From positions 13,454,001 to 13,518,000 of the forward strand of contig JBHGNT010000001.1 of the NCBI GenBank assembly GCA_043228905.1: a stretch of 64,000 nucleotides of DNA, in the 5' to 3' direction. The DNA is from Azolla caroliniana (Eukaryota > Plantae > Polypodiophyta). The position numbers and the translations under genes were made by a program. Every line of letters starts with the position of its first letter. Positions within the stretch are counted from its first letter, which is position 1. The notes under the pieces are model-generated. The model made no database searches. It was given only the letters and a program-made list of their open reading frames with translations, and had not been told where the DNA came from. This document shows positions 48,831 to 62,665 of this stretch, in pieces.

Positions 48831-51800
48831 TCACTTCGGCATGGGATGTCTCTCCAATCCGATCCTCTTCCGGCACGCTTCCAGCTTGTCGGGTGTGAGC
48901 ACCTTGGTCAGCATATCCGACCCGTTCTCGTCCGTGTGGATCTTCGTCAGCACGAACTCCTTGTCTTCTATCCTTTCCCGGATCCAGTGGTATCTACGCT
49001 GGATGTGTTTCGTCCGGGAATGGTAGGCCGCGTTCTTTGCAAGGTGGATGGCACTCTGACTATCGCAGTAGAGTCGGTACTCCTCCTGCCGGATACCGAG
49101 CTCTCTAATGGAGTCCTTCATCCATATTATTTCCTTGCCGGCTTCAACAGCCGCCATGTACTCCGCCTCCGTGGTTGACAACGCAACCGTCTTCTGCAGC
49201 CTCGACTGCCACGAAACAGCTCCCCCTGCATACGTCATCACATACCCTGATGTGGACCGGCTGGTATCTGCATCAGCCGACATATCCGAATCGGTAAAGC
49301 CGTAGAGTTCGGGCTTACCGGAGCCGAATCGGAGGCATACGTTTGCCGTGCCCTTCAGGTATCGGAGTATCCACTTGACCGCGTTCCAATGCTCTTTGCC
49401 GGGATTGCTCATGTACCGGCTCACCACTCCGACTGCGTATCCTATGTCTGGTCTTGTACACACCATTGCGTACATCAAGCTTCCGACGGCAGAGGCATAT
49501 GGTACTTTCATCATGTCCTCTTTCTCAGCCTTTGTCTTGGGGCTTTGCTTGCTGGACAACTTGCAGTTTGCCGGGAGGGTTGATCCGACCGGTCTTGCTT
49601 CCGACATGTTGAACCGGTGAAGCACCTTTGTTACGTACTTCTCCTGTGACAGCCACAACTGCTTCTTCTTCCGGTCTCGGATGATGTGCATCCCTAGTAT
49701 TTGCCTTGCCGGACCCAGGTCCTTCATTGAGAAGGTTTGGTGAAGTGCTTTCTTCAGCATCTGTATCTTGCCCTGGTCCCATCCGACGATCAACATGTCG
49801 TCCACGTACAGGAGGAGTATTAGAGAGTCTCCTCCTTCGAACTTCTTCACAAACACGCAGTGATCGGACTGCGTTTTGTGGTACCCTTCGTCGGTCATGA
49901 AGGAGTCGAACTTCCGGTACCATTGCCGGGGAGCCTGCTTCAATCCGTAAAGGCTCTTCTTCAACCGGCATACCAGGTGCTCCTTCCCTTTCTTCTCGAA
50001 TCCTTCCGGTTGCTGCATGTAGATCTCTTCTTCGAGGTCACCGTGAAGGAATGCCGTCTTCACGTCCATCTGTTCTACCTCGAGGTCCATGCTTGCCGCT
50101 ATGCTCAGCACCGTCCGGATGGAGGTCATCTTCACTACCGGGGCAAATATCTCGTCGAAGTCGACGCCCTTCTTCTGCTGGAACCCCTTCACCACGATCC
50201 TGGCTTTGTATCTCGGGGGGGTTTCCGGCATCTCCCGGTTTCAGCTTGAACACCCACTTGTTTCGAAGTGCCCGCTTTCCTTTCGGCAACTCCACAAGTT
50301 CATATGTGTGGTTCTGATGCAGGGAATCCATCTCCTCCTGCATGGCACTTAACCACCTGCGGCTATGGGTGTCAAGCTTTGCTTCTTCGAAACTCTCCGG
50401 CTCCCCCTCGTCGGTTAGCAGCACGTGCTCTGGTTCCGGAAATCTCCGGGGGGCCCTTCTCTCTCTTAGAGGGTATCTCCGTTCCGGAGCTTCGGTAACC
50501 GGCTGCTCCGTTTCCTCTTCATCCGAATCCATTTCGGGATCGGGGCCGGTTCCGGTATCAGTTTCATCTTCCTCGGCCGGTTCTGTTTCTTCACCGTCTT
50601 CGGCCGGATCCTCGAGTGCTAACCGGTCCCTTGCCGGTCGGGACTGCTCCTCGTAGAGTTTATCCTCACCGGTCGACTTGGAGCTCTTCATCTTCTTCTC
50701 CGACTCCCAGTCGGCGAGTGTCTTGTCCTCCATGAAGATGATATCTCGACTCCTGAATATCTTCTTGTCGACCGGGTCCCATACTCGGTAGCCGAACTCG
50801 TCGTCGCCGTAACCGAGGAATATGCATGGCCGGGTCTTTGGATCTAACTTTCCTCTCCGGTCCTTTGCCACATGCACGTATGCGAGACACCCGAACACCT
50901 TCAGATGCCGGTAGGACACTTCCTTACCGGTCCACACTTTCTGCGGTGTGTCTCCGTCCAAAGGTACTGAGGGTGATCTATTTATCACATACGTCGCCGT
51001 CGACATTGCCTCAGCCCAAAATCCCTTGGGTAATTTCGCATGCGCCAGCATACTCCGGACCCTCTCCATTATGGTCCGGTTCATCCTCTCGGCCAGCCCA
51101 TTCAGTTCCGGCGTCTTCGGCACAGTAAACTCGAGCCGGATTCCCTTCGAGCGACAGTACTCCTGGAACTGCCCCCGGTATTCCCCTCCGTTATCCGCTC
51201 GTATCGCTTTCAGCTTCTTGCCGGATTCCCTTTCCACTCTCGCGTGAAGTTCTTTGAAGACGCACAACACTTGGTCCTTTGTCTTCAACGGTGCCGTCCA
51301 CAGCTTCCGTTTGTGGTCGTCAATGAATGTCACGAAGTACTGGGCTCCGCCATGTGACTTCGTTTCTACTTGACACACGTCAGTGTGCACCAACTCCAAT
51401 GGTGCGCTACGTCTCGTCGGTGGCCTTGAGTGGAAGGAGGTCCGGTTTTGCTTACCGGCCAGACAGTCGGTGCACTTCTCCAGGTGCACATGCTTCACTG
51501 GAATAAGGTTGTCTTCTGCAAGCCTCTTCATCCCCTTCTCACTCATGTGGCACAGTCTCTTGTGCCACAGCTCACCGGCAGTGTCGGCTGCCACATTCAG
51601 CTCCTCCGGACATAGCCGGGAATTCATCAGGTACAGTGTATTGACCTTCCGGGCCCGAGCCACTATCAGGCTCCCTTTGCTGAACTTCATTACGCCGTTC
51701 CGGATGCTACCCGTGTAGCCTTCATCGTCTAGCCTCCCGGCCGAAATCAGGTTCAATCGAACCTCCGGAACGTGTCGGACATCCTTCAGCAGCATCTTGC

Positions 51801-52905
51801 ATCCGGTTGATGTCATCAGCCACACGTCTCCTATGCCAGCGATCCGGCATGTACCTTCATTTCCCATCCAGACACAGCCGTGCTCACCGGCTGTGTAGGA
51901 TGAGAAGTATTTCTTCTCCGGGGTCAGGTGGAACGATGCTCCGGAATCGACCACCCAGGTCATCTCTTCGCCGGCAAGGTTCAGCTCCCTCTCTTCGGTA
52001 ATGAGCATTATCTCTTCTTCACTTGCCGCGAGTGCCGTCGTTCCTTTCCGGTCCTGCCCTCGCCGATCCGGACCTCTCCGGTCCGTGGCTCCCCGGTATG
52101 CACCGTTTCGCTCCGGTGACTTCTTCGAATCGGTGTCGTCGGCTCCGTTGTCCTTTCGGTAATGCCGACAATTCTTCCGGAAGTGCCCCGGCTTCCCACA
52201 GTGGAAGCATGTGGGCCTTCCTCTTGACTGCGACCGGGTCCCCGACTTCTCCCGTCTTTGCGGACTCCGGTTCCATTGTCTTCCCCGATCCGATTCGGTA
52301 AGCAGCATCTTCGGATCGGAAACCGGTTCTTTATCTCTCCGACGCGCTTCTTCGTTCAAAATGCTTGTCTTTACCGTTTGTAGAGACAAGTTATCTTCGG
52401 TGCAGGAGGTGCTGAGAGTCACCACCAAGTTCTCCCAGCTTTCCGGCAATGTACACATCAGAATGATGGCTTGCATTGCATCCTCCAACGGGAACTTGAT
52501 CGCCGCAAGCTGGTTCACGAATCCCATGAACGTGCTCACGTGTTCCACCATATTCTCGCCGTCCCGGTACTTGAGGTTCACTATCTTCCTCATCAGGGAG
52601 GTCCGGTTCAACGCATTCTTCCTCTCGTAGAGGCCCGACAGCTTCTTCCACATCTCATATGCGTTGGTGTCGTTCGCCACATGTTGCAGGACACTTACAT
52701 CGACATATTGCCGGATCGTCGCTACGGCTTTCCGGTTCAGGAGCTTCCACTCCGACTCTATTACTCCCTTGGGTATCTCGGCATTGTCGATCGGTTCGTA
52801 CAGGTCTCGGACGATGAGAAGGTCTTCCATCTTTATCTTCCAATCGGCGTAGTTCTGTGAGTTCAACACCATCATGCCCGGAGGCCCACTACCGCCGCCT
52901 TCCAT
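48831..52905 (-). CDS. Copia E gag-pol polyprotein, one +1 indel in a G7 run (50215-50221)
   Basis: CFHCGKPGHFRKNC, VDSGASFH, HTDVC..ELNGLAER, LYVDDM, FTDSD. Removing one base joins the 973-aa and 466-aa ORFs (GNPPRYKAR). Confidence 0.92.
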
Positions 52906-53597
52906 TTTCTGTGTTACCGTCGCTCTGATACCACTTGTTGAAAAACAGTGCTCAGCCACAACCGAGGAATAGGATCAACTCACAGAAAACGGGAAATACA
53001 AAGTGCACGAGGACAATAGAGAGAAAGGTACACTGGATGTTTTACGTGGAAAACCCTAAATGGGAAAAAACCACGGGAGTCCTCAAACTCCAACTATCAC
53101 TATAAACAGGGATGTACACTGGTGAAGCTACAAGGCAACAACCTTGAGCTCACTGTCTTCGCCACAGGCGGCGGTAATACACAGAGGCAACGACCTCTTC
53201 GTCTCTCTCTCTCTCTCTCTCTCTCTCGGCTGCTCTCACTGCATATAAAAATGAGCAACAACAACTTTTAAACTGTTTGCCCTAAGTCATATTTATACTC
53301 ATATGACTTTCGGGCTATTTACAAATATAGCCTCAAGGGCTCTTGGCAAACATATTCACAAATATGTCCCCGCATCCGGATCTCTCTCCGGGTACATTCG
53401 TCATCCGGCTCCGTAACCGGGGTCTTCAGCATCCGGCTCCGTAACCGGGGTCTTCATCATCCGGCTCCGTAACCGGGGTCTTCATCATCCGGCTCCGTAG
53501 CCGGGGTCTTCATCATCCGGCTCCGTAACCGCAACCGGGCTTGCCGTCATTCATCTCCGGACATCCCATCCGGAGGGACCGAAATCCCAACAGATCG

Positions 53598-55609
53598 GCC
53601 GGTTCAGTGGAAAGGATGCCACGAGTTATTTGGCGTCCTACCGGGAGGAGATGTTGATGAGGGATATTCCGGAAGAGAGGCGTCTTGCCGGATTCCCTCG
53701 AGTGGCGATGTCGGGCATCCATGCGGAGGTGCTCGAGGTTCGAGCGGAGAGCCGGACCTGGGAGGAGTTCGAAGGACGACTCCTGGAGAAATAGGGGTTG
53801 GATGACGCGCTTCGACTTTCGAAGCGGGGCTTCATGGAGTGGGTGGAGTTCCCCAAAAAAGGAAGAAATGTGTGGGTACTCCTCCAGGAGTTTGAGGAAT
53901 GTTTTCCGCGCCTTTCGGCGCTCGATCGGACTGTTCTGGACACAAGTCGTGTCCTACTGTTTGTCAAATCGGTTGACGAACGGGATCGGGAGCAAGTGGG
54001 CTCCTTAATGGAAACCGAAGACGGGCTGACGGCCGACTGGGCCGCGGTAAAAAGAGTCTGCGGCCGTTTTGACAAACGGCGGGAGTGGGCTGATACAGGG
54101 GCGACCGGGGCGGGTCCTGTCGCAGCAAGGAAGCTCGAACCGATACCGCAGGCGCGAAGGGAAGAGACCCGGGAGTGGCTCGAAACCGGTTCGGCTTCGA
54201 CCGGCGTGGTCAGAGGCTCGTCTGGGGGAACAGCTTTGGAGGAGTTGACACGGGCGGTAAAGGATCTCCAGATCGCCCAGGCTCGGAGGGAGGGCGGCGA
54301 ACAGGCTCATGACCAACGGCCTCCGTCAGGAACTAGGTGCATGTGGTGCGACGAGGTCGGCCACGTCCGGAAAGACTGCGGGGACTTTACGGAGGCTTTG
54401 AGAAGCTGGGTAGTGTACCTGTGGGAAGGTCGGGTGCACGCTAGCAATACCCGGAGGGCCCTGAACCGAAACGACGGGTGAGGAGGAATGAAAAGGCTGA
54501 TGGAAGAAGCGGCGGGCCGGCACGCGGAGACCGTCCACTACTCGGCATCAGCCGGTATTCGGGTCGGAGGCAGCGAGGCCCGGAAGGAGAGCAAAGCCGG
54601 GTTCTGGCCGACGATGCTGGAAGGCCTCGCTGGTGCCTGACTAAGGAAAGACGAGGCGGACCGCTCGGAAAAGCGGGTCCACGAGGTAACCGGGTGGAGT
54701 GACCCGGTCGAAGAAAAGACGGGTTTCATCGAAGCAGCTTGCCAGAACTACGAGGCTCTGGTTGAAGACAAACGGGTAGGTAAAACCAGAGGGGCCGGAC
54801 CCTCACAGAGATACGAAACCTGATTCAGGCCGAAACAGAACGAGGCCGGTGAGACCAGTGCTCGAGATAACCACAAGAAGGGTGGATACCGGTTGGGCAC
54901 GGAGATCGAAAGGACCACGGACCTACGAAAGTTCCTGGAAGAACGAATCCTCGACAGCAAGGTGGAACTGTCGTTGCGGGAGGTGCTCGGAATCGCCAAG
55001 AAGGAGTTCCACGACTCCATCGTAGACTTGGTGAAGAGGAAGAGGCTGTCGACGGAGACAGAACCGGAAAGGCCGGTGGAGGTGCGGACGACGCACATGG
55101 AGGACATGGCGCTGGAAGACGAGTGGGCGGAGAGCCACTACTCGAGGCCACACTGGGCCCGAGCGACCACGGAAACCCCGGTGAAGATCGGAGATGTTCA
55201 GGAACCGGTGGTGGCGCTGGTGGACCACGGTTCGGAAATAAACCTGATGTCCATGGACCTCTACAAGAAGCGAAAATGGCCGATCAACACCAAGCACGGG
55301 TGGAAGATACGGGCGGCGACACGCGCCACCGAGGAACTACACGGGGCCTGCCCAAACGTGCGAGTCAAGATCGGCGACGTCGAGATAGATCAGCACTTCT
55401 TTGTGTAGGAGACGTCCTCGCACCCGGTCATACTGGGAGAACCGTACATTACGGCAGTGTGGATGGAGACCAAGGTGCTGGACAACGGGTCGGCTAACGC
55501 GAGGGTCAAGAGTTAGGACGGGCGTCATTCGGTCCAATTCCTGACGGTGCGACCGAACCACGAGCGAAACCGCGAGTCCCTCGGTGGCGAGAACCGAGAG
55601 GATTTTTAG
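53598..55609 (+). pseudogene. G1c gag-protease (starts at 48082, split by Copia E; several stops)
   Basis: CMWCDEVGHVRKDC; ALVDHGSEINLM. Confidence 0.9.
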
Positions 55610-58600
55610 AGAGGGTTGTCAAGGCATGGGGCCTCGATAGTCCGGACACTCCGGGAAAACCCCACAAATGTACAATAGAGGCGAAACCGAAGAAACCTTG
55701 TACCATAAGTAGGAAGTTTTGTTTCTCCGACAACGGAGGTTGTACGATAGTCGGCGTCGTTGGCCGAGAAAAGACAAGGGCGGAAGAGCGACTTCGGGCG
55801 TGCGGAGTTCTCGGGCCCAGCGAGGAAATCAATGGAGCCTTGGAGGCGGTCTCCTTCGATGATACCTTGGGAATACTGCGAGAGGTGGTCGGAAAGGGCC
55901 TTAAAGAGGACTGGACGGTACCGGTTTATTCAGAAGAGATGTACGAAGTCATCGTGGACTTCAGTCGGGGGCTCGAGTCGGATCGGACAGCCCAGGTTAA
56001 CACGAAGTACAAGATTGTGGACCAGAAGGTAAGGCCAGTCGCAGCACCCTTACCAGAGGGCAGCGAGTTGCGAATCAAGGGGGTCGTGTCGGACCCCAGT
56101 TTACGAGATCCGGCCTGCATAGGACACACCTTCACCGACAGAACGCTACGGGAGCTCAAAATCGGTGGGGGCGGGTTCCTACTGCCAGCGAAAGAAGACC
56201 GGTTTCGGAGAATGCTCGGAAGGCACGGGAAAGCCTTCGCATTCTCACCAGAAGAGATCGGGTGCGTAGACCCGACAATCGTGAAGCCGATGGTGATATT
56301 CACGGTACCGCATGTGCCATGGAATCTCAAACCAATTCCGGTACCGAGAGCTCACATCCCGGAGCTGATGGAGCTGTTGAGGCAAAAAGTCAATATGGGC
56401 ATCCTCAAACCGTCGAGTGCCCCGTACTCGAACCGGTGGTTTACCGTACCGAAGAAGAACGGGACGTTGTGCTTCATTCAAGACCTACAACCGGTCAACA
56501 GAGTGACCATTCGGAACGCAGGAATCGGACCAACGATAGACGAGTTCGCGGAGGCCTTCGCCGGAAGGTCGATCTACTCGGTCGGTGATCTTTACTCGGG
56601 GTACGATCAGTTCCAACTAGCCGTAGAGAGCAGAGACATTACAATGATGCAGACTCCTCTCGGCCTAGTGCGGATGTGTACCCTGCCACAAGGAGGGACG
56701 AACTCGGTGGCCCACATGGTGAATGCGATGAACAAGGTGCTGAGAGATTGTATCCCGGACATCACCATGCCATTCTTGGACGACATCCCGATCAAGGGAT
56801 GTCCGGTGGAGAAAAAGGACGAAACTATCGGACCAGACGGATGCCGGAAATTCGTGGTGACACACATTGACGACTGCGAGAGGGTGCTACAGAAGCTAGA
56901 GGACGCCAGGCTCACCTTCTCCGGGGAGAAATCGGCCTTCGGGCAGTCAGAGATCATGGTCGTCGGACATCTATGCGGACCGTATGGCCGGAAACCGTCT
57001 TCGGCTAAGGTGGAAGCCATCTCTGCAATGAAGCCCGACTGTAACTCGGTCACGGAGGTACGGAGGTTCTTGGGAGCATGCACGTTCTACCACATATGGA
57101 TCCCGCATTACGCCCACGTTGCCGAGCCGCTATACGGGTTGCTGAAAAAGGGGCGAAAATTCGAGTGGCGAAGCGAGCATACGGAGTCGGTCCAAAAGAT
57201 GAAGGGGGCTCTTGTTGCAGCTCCGGCACTCCGGAAGGCTGTCTACGAGAAAGGCACTCCCATCTACATAACGGTAGATACAAGTCCGACCGGGATCGGA
57301 TGGGTCGTCAACCAAGAAGATGAGGATGGCATTCGGTTCCCAATCCGGTTCGGCGCGAAGGTCCTCAGCGAGCGACGGCGAGGATACGCCCAGGTTAAAC
57401 GCGAACTCTGGGGTATCGTTTTGGCGGTGAAGGCCGATAAAGACTATCTGATCGGGACAGAAGTGATTATCGAGACGGACTGCCTGCCGATTCTCGGCAT
57501 GGTTTCCGGATGCGCAACCCCGGACCTGGCAATGCTCAGGTGGATAGCGTACATCAAGTCCCTGGAGCCGGAAATACGACACATTTCCGGGAAAGACAAT
57601 GCCATGGCCGACATGCTTTCGAGGGCGCGATTCGACGACGAGGGCGGCATGGTTTCGGAGGACGAGGAAGTTGGCGTGGACTTCTTCGAGGCGGCTTACA
57701 TAACAACCGAGGGGGGGAGCACTCCGGCGCTTAACGATTTCAACGAGAGCAAGTACGACGGGGAGTGGCTGCAGATTGGAGGATTCTTAAGGACGATGAC
57801 GTCGGACGCGTCGTGGACAAAGGACAAGGCCAACCGGATCCGGAAGAAAGCGTACCAATTCTTTCTCTGGGACGGATACTTGTGGAAGCACCCGAAGAAG
57901 AGAAACGGCATCCCGCTCCGAGTAGTGGCGATGGAGGAGGAACAGGAGGAGTTGCTGAAGGCCTACCACGACAGCCCCTGGGCTGGACACCATGGGATGT
58001 GGGCCACGTTCGAGAAACTAAAGGGGAAGTACTGGTGGTTGGGACTGTACCGGGATGTGCATCGGTTCGTGACAACTTGTGAGAGCTGTCAGATACACTC
58101 CATAGTCCAACATCGGGACGAGCTTCACCCTACATACCCTCCGGCCATCCACTTCAAATGGATGGTAGATTTGGTGACGATGCCGATGGGCGTAGGGCAA
58201 ATGCGATATCTGGTGCTAGCCCAGGAGGACCTGACGAACCAGGTGGAAGGCCGAGCCCTGCAGAACAAAACGACCGCGGTCGTGTGTCGGTTCCTAATCG
58301 AGGACGTGATATGCCGGTACGGGTGCGTCGGGAAGATCGTGGCTGACCGCGGGGAGTTGGACGCCGAAGAGGCCGAGGAGCTGTTCGACCGGTTAGGGGT
58401 CAAGCTCTTGCTCACCACAGCGTACAATCCGGAGGCGAACGGGAAGGTGGAGCGCGGACACGGGCCGATCGTCAAAGCGCTAGTCCGGGTGTGCGGAGGC
58501 CAGGTCGGGAACTGGCCACGACTGTTACCTTATGCCTTGTGGGCGGACCGGACAACGAACAGTTCGGTAACCGGGTTCATGCCGTCAGAGCTCATATTCG

Positions 58601-59188
58601 GACAGAAGCCGATCATGCCGATGGAACGGACGATCTCCTCTTGGGCGACAGTGGACTGGAGAGACGAGATGAGACCGGGAAGAACTGCTAGCGGCGCGTA
58701 TACGGCAGCTCGAGCGTAGGCCAGAGGACGTGGAACGAGTGGCGGAGAGACTTCGGACGGCGAGGATGAGGAACAAAGCCCGGTTCGACTGAACGCACCG
58801 GCTCCGACCAAGGAAAATCGAGGAAGGCGACTGGGTGCTAGTCTACGACAGCAGCCTCGACAACCAGCACCGGGCAACACAGAAGTTTGCAAAGCGGTGG
58901 TTCGGGCCTTACGTGGTAACAAGCACCAACGACAACGGGACGTATCACCTGGCGGAACTCGACGGTACGAGGATGGCGATACCGGTAGCAGGGAAGCGGA
59001 TCAAAGCGTTCAAGAAGCGCCACGACGGCGAACCGGATCTAAGAGGCCTGGACAACGACGACGAACAGTCCGAAACGGAGGACGAACCGATGGACGAGGA
59101 ACCGGAACCCGGACCGGTTTTCTCCGACCAAAACCCAATTTTGGTGCATACCAGTGGATGCATGGTTAGGTGGGGGTGGATGTCGTGA
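55603..59188 (+). pseudogene. G1c pol (RT-RH-INT); open for >1000 codons, frameshift near 58675
   Basis: 959-aa ORF 55840-58719 plus the C-terminal WFGPY piece. Confidence 0.93.
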
Positions 59189-59915
59189 AGAAAACCGTCC
59201 CTTAGCGCAATCGGTGCATAGCGCGCGTGAACCGGCTCTTCACGGGTGCGCGCCCTTTAATGTATATAATAGAGAATTAGGTACAAAAGTATATCCTAGG
59301 TAGTTAGATTCGGTTGGTGGGAAGTTAATGAGGGAATGGCTCCCTTCTTGAAGCTATAAAAGAGAGGGAGACGCGGGGGAGAGGGGATCGCGCATGGAGG
59401 AGGACGAAGTGTTGTCGGACCGTAACCGAACGCTTCTCCTCTGTTCGTTCTCCATCGCTCTTCTTTGCGGGTTTTCGGGAGGCTCGCGCTGCTTCGAGGA
59501 ACACCCGTGTGCTTCCGGCAGCACCTCCATCCTATCCCCTTTCGTGCGCAGACGAGCAGGCATCGACATCTGTTCGCCGGCCTGTTCGGTTGTAACCACT
59601 CGCTTGCTCTGTTGTTTATTTGTCATTCGTTAATATACAAACATTTGTGTCTCTCTGTCTCTGTGTCCATTCGTGTCTTCTGCGTTGACGGGCCGAGTCC
59701 CTATGTTTCTTTGCTCATACGTAACCGGGCGTCTCTCTCTTTCTCTTTCCCCTTCCATCACCTGCTCTTCGGTTCAAGACCCCGGTGGTCCCGCCTCGTT
59801 TCTCCACGCACGCGCGTAGTAACGCGACAACGGTACCATTCATTGCAACGCAGTCACCTTGAGGTCTAGGTCGAAGGACTGACTGTAGATCGTGTTCCTA
59901 ATCGGTAACACACAT

Positions 59916-62665
59916 TGGCTTTCCAGTCTCTTCCACTCCTTTCTCTATTTCTCCACCTCAAGTTCAGCACGTCGAGGTGTTGCAAGCCAAACACACCCGA
60001 GAATTGTCACAACTTGTCCAAGCCCAACGGTTTGGTGCAGATATCAGAAGTCTATCGATTCGTTGGAACATGCATCAATTCATCTTCACAAGAAAGGATT
60101 CACTCATGGAAAAATTGGTAGTGCACCTCAATGTGCTTTGTCTATGCGTGGAAGACGGGATTCTTCACCAACTAGATACTACTAAGGTTGTCACAATATA
60201 TCGTTGTTGGATAGGACACCTCCATTTGTAGATCCTCTAGTAGCCTCTTGAGCCATATAGCTTTGCACGTCGTGACAACCGCTCTTTAGTTCTCGGTCTC
60301 GGTGCCCGACAGTGCAATTGTCAGCTGCTACTTGTTGCTCTAGACGATTGCGGCACTTCCAAGTGAAAACGTGAATCCGGAAGTTGACCATCCATCGCCG
60401 GCGTTTCTGGCCTAATCAACATCCGTGTAGCCGACTAACAGTCTGGCTACACCAGTCCGATATAGAAACCCCCGGTCCTTGGTGTTGCTGACATACCTGA
60501 GTATTCATTGTGCACACTAAAGGTGCTCCATGATCGGATGTGCCATAAATTAACTAATCAGTCTAATCAAATAGCTAAGATCCGACCAGGTGATGGTCAA
60601 ATATATAAGGCTTCCAACTATTTTTTGAAAACTTTTCAGGTTGCATGCCGTTCCGGAGCCGGGGCGAAGCTTCACATTCCTATCCATAAGAGTTGAGATG
60701 GATTTGCACGGTATCATTCCGAACTAGAAGAGCATACTAAACACATAATGTCGTTGGCTAATCAGTATGCCTTCGGGGGTGTGGATCACTTCGATCCTGA
60801 GGAAGTAGTGAAGGTCTCCTAGATCCTTCATCTCAAATGATGCCGCTAGTTAGGACTTGACATGGCCAATTTCCTCTTGGTCAGCACCGGCGATGACTAA
60901 GTCATCAACGTAAAGTAAAATACTAATTGGCCCACTCTAACCTTGTTGAATGAAAAGTGAAGAGGACTTAGACTTCGACGTGGAAAACCCCATCTGACGC
61001 AATTGCACATGATCTTCACGTTCTAGGCACGTAGGGCTTCCTTTAGTTCATACAAGGACTTCTTTAGTTGGCAAACAGCTGACGTGTTCATTCTGGATAG
61101 AAATCTGAGGGGTTGTACCATATATACCTATTCCTCAAGATCACCTTGCAGGAACACATTCTTTACATCCATTTGATATAAATGCCACCACCATCACAAG
61201 TAGAACACAGACGGTTGTCATCTTCGTGACCGGCGGGCACGTCTCATCATAGTCAATGTCATTCTACTACATGTAGCCCTTTGCTACTAACTGGGCCTTG
61301 TACCAGTTAATGGAACCTTCAGTGTTGTATTTGATATTGTACACCCATCTACATCCAATCGTTTTCACTCCCTTCGGAATGTCAACCAGGTCCCATGTGT
61401 CGTTCTCAATGAGAGCGTGCATCTTCTCCTCCATAGCACCATGCTATTTTGGATCCTTTGCTACTTCTGCGTAACTATCTGGCTCACACACCTCTGCCAC
61501 CTTCATCATGTACGCATAATGATGCACCATGTATTTGTTATATTCATATCAAACTATGGGGTGCTTCTAGTGGGTAGATTGGCGCAACTTCGGCTCTGCC
61601 GATTTGATGGCCCTCTTGGCGAACTCCAACCTCTTCTCCGGAGGTTCTTTATCATGCTTTTCGGAGTCGGATTCTCTCCGGTCCAAGTCTTCCCTACTAG
61701 TTTCGTATTCCGACATCTTCTTCTTCCCCTTCTCTTTCGGTGTGAACCGTCTTCTCGGTTCCTTACGCGAGGAAAGCACGGTCGAGCCTCCACTACTCGT
61801 CGGCTCTTCATTTGACTAGTTGTTCCAACTCAATTGCTCATTCAGCCCACTTAGCCGGACTGAGATTGGACTCTCTTCTTGAGCTACGATTTCTTCTTCA
61901 ATCGGAGGCTTTTCAGTCGCACCGATCTCATCCTTAGAGATCGGAATTGAGTTATCGGGGGTCGGAGGCAAGGGCAAGTACCACGACACCAACTCATCAA
62001 ACATGACATCTAAATTGACCCGGACCTGTTTGGTTTGGGGGTTATAACATTTATAACCCTTCTGTTTGTCTGAGTAGTTGACAAGAATGCACTTCTTTCC
62101 TTTCGCGTCCAGCTTCCTCTATTTCTCCTTCGGCATATGCATATAGGCAATGTTGCCAAACACCCTCAAGTGTCCCAGATTCGGTTTCTTTCCAAAGTAG
62201 AGCTCATGTGGTGACACTCTTCCATTTGCAGATGTCTGATTCTGCAAGTAGCTGGCTATCCGAATCACTTCAACCTAGTAGAACTTCCACATATGCTTCT
62301 CCTTAACCATTGACCACACCGCCTTCTCTATCTTCCAGTTCTTCCTCTCAGCCACATCGTTTTGCTCTGGTGTGTATCTACAAGAGAGTTCTCGCCGAAT
62401 TACTTCCTTCTGCATATAACTCGAGAACTGGCCAGAAAAGTACTTCTTTTCGTCATCTGACCTTAGGCACTTGATTTTCCTTCTAGTTTCCCATTCGGCA
62501 AGGCTCTTCACCTTTAGGAAAGAGAACAAGACTTCACTCTTCTTCGTGATCAAGCATATGCCCAAGTGTGCCGAGGGTAGTCATCAATGAAGGTTACAAA
62601 GTAACGGTTTCCTCCAATGCTCACGTTCTGTGCCGGTCCCCACACATCCAAATGGACAAGGTCGA
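59916..62665 (-). pseudogene. Copia C INT-RT-RH remnant; gag, PR and PBS deleted, integrase fused to the 5' LTR
   Basis: LVHLDVWGPAQNVS, CRYTPEQNDVAER; homologous to Copia A/B. Confidence 0.9.

Larger units (their letters stand above)
48165..53592 (-). mobile_element. Young, near-intact Ty1/copia element E (Tnt1/Tork-like), TSD GATCG
   Basis: LTRs 48165-48820 and 52936-53592 with about 3 differences; PBS TGGTATCAGAGC 52922-52933; PPT 48821-48834; inserted in the G1c gag. Confidence 0.97.
47389..59829 (+). mobile_element. Full-length Ty3/gypsy element G1c, TSD ATGG/ACGG
   Basis: LTRs 47389-48037 and 59181-59829 (about 20-25 differences by eye); PPT 59164-59180. The empty site TACG-ACGG-TACC is visible in the G2a 5' LTR (21061-21072). 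Confidence 0.96.
20689..59910 (+). mobile_element. Ty3/gypsy element G2a (non-chromovirus, Athila/Tat-like), carrying nested insertions
   Basis: 5' LTR 20689-21145. 3' LTR split into 37057-37078, 47018-47388 and 59834-59910. Flanks CACTC/CACAT are an imperfect match. Confidence 0.9.

Noticed and set aside
50215-50221. Programmed frameshift in Copia E
   Set aside because: It falls inside the RT domain at a homopolymer, in a single copy; a mutation or sequencing error is more likely.
29075-59163. Numerous antisense and alternate-frame ORFs over gag-pol (e.g. 40947-41888, 32340-32771, 56607-57083)
   Set aside because: Expected shadows of GC-rich coding sequence; recurrence reflects repeated TE copies.
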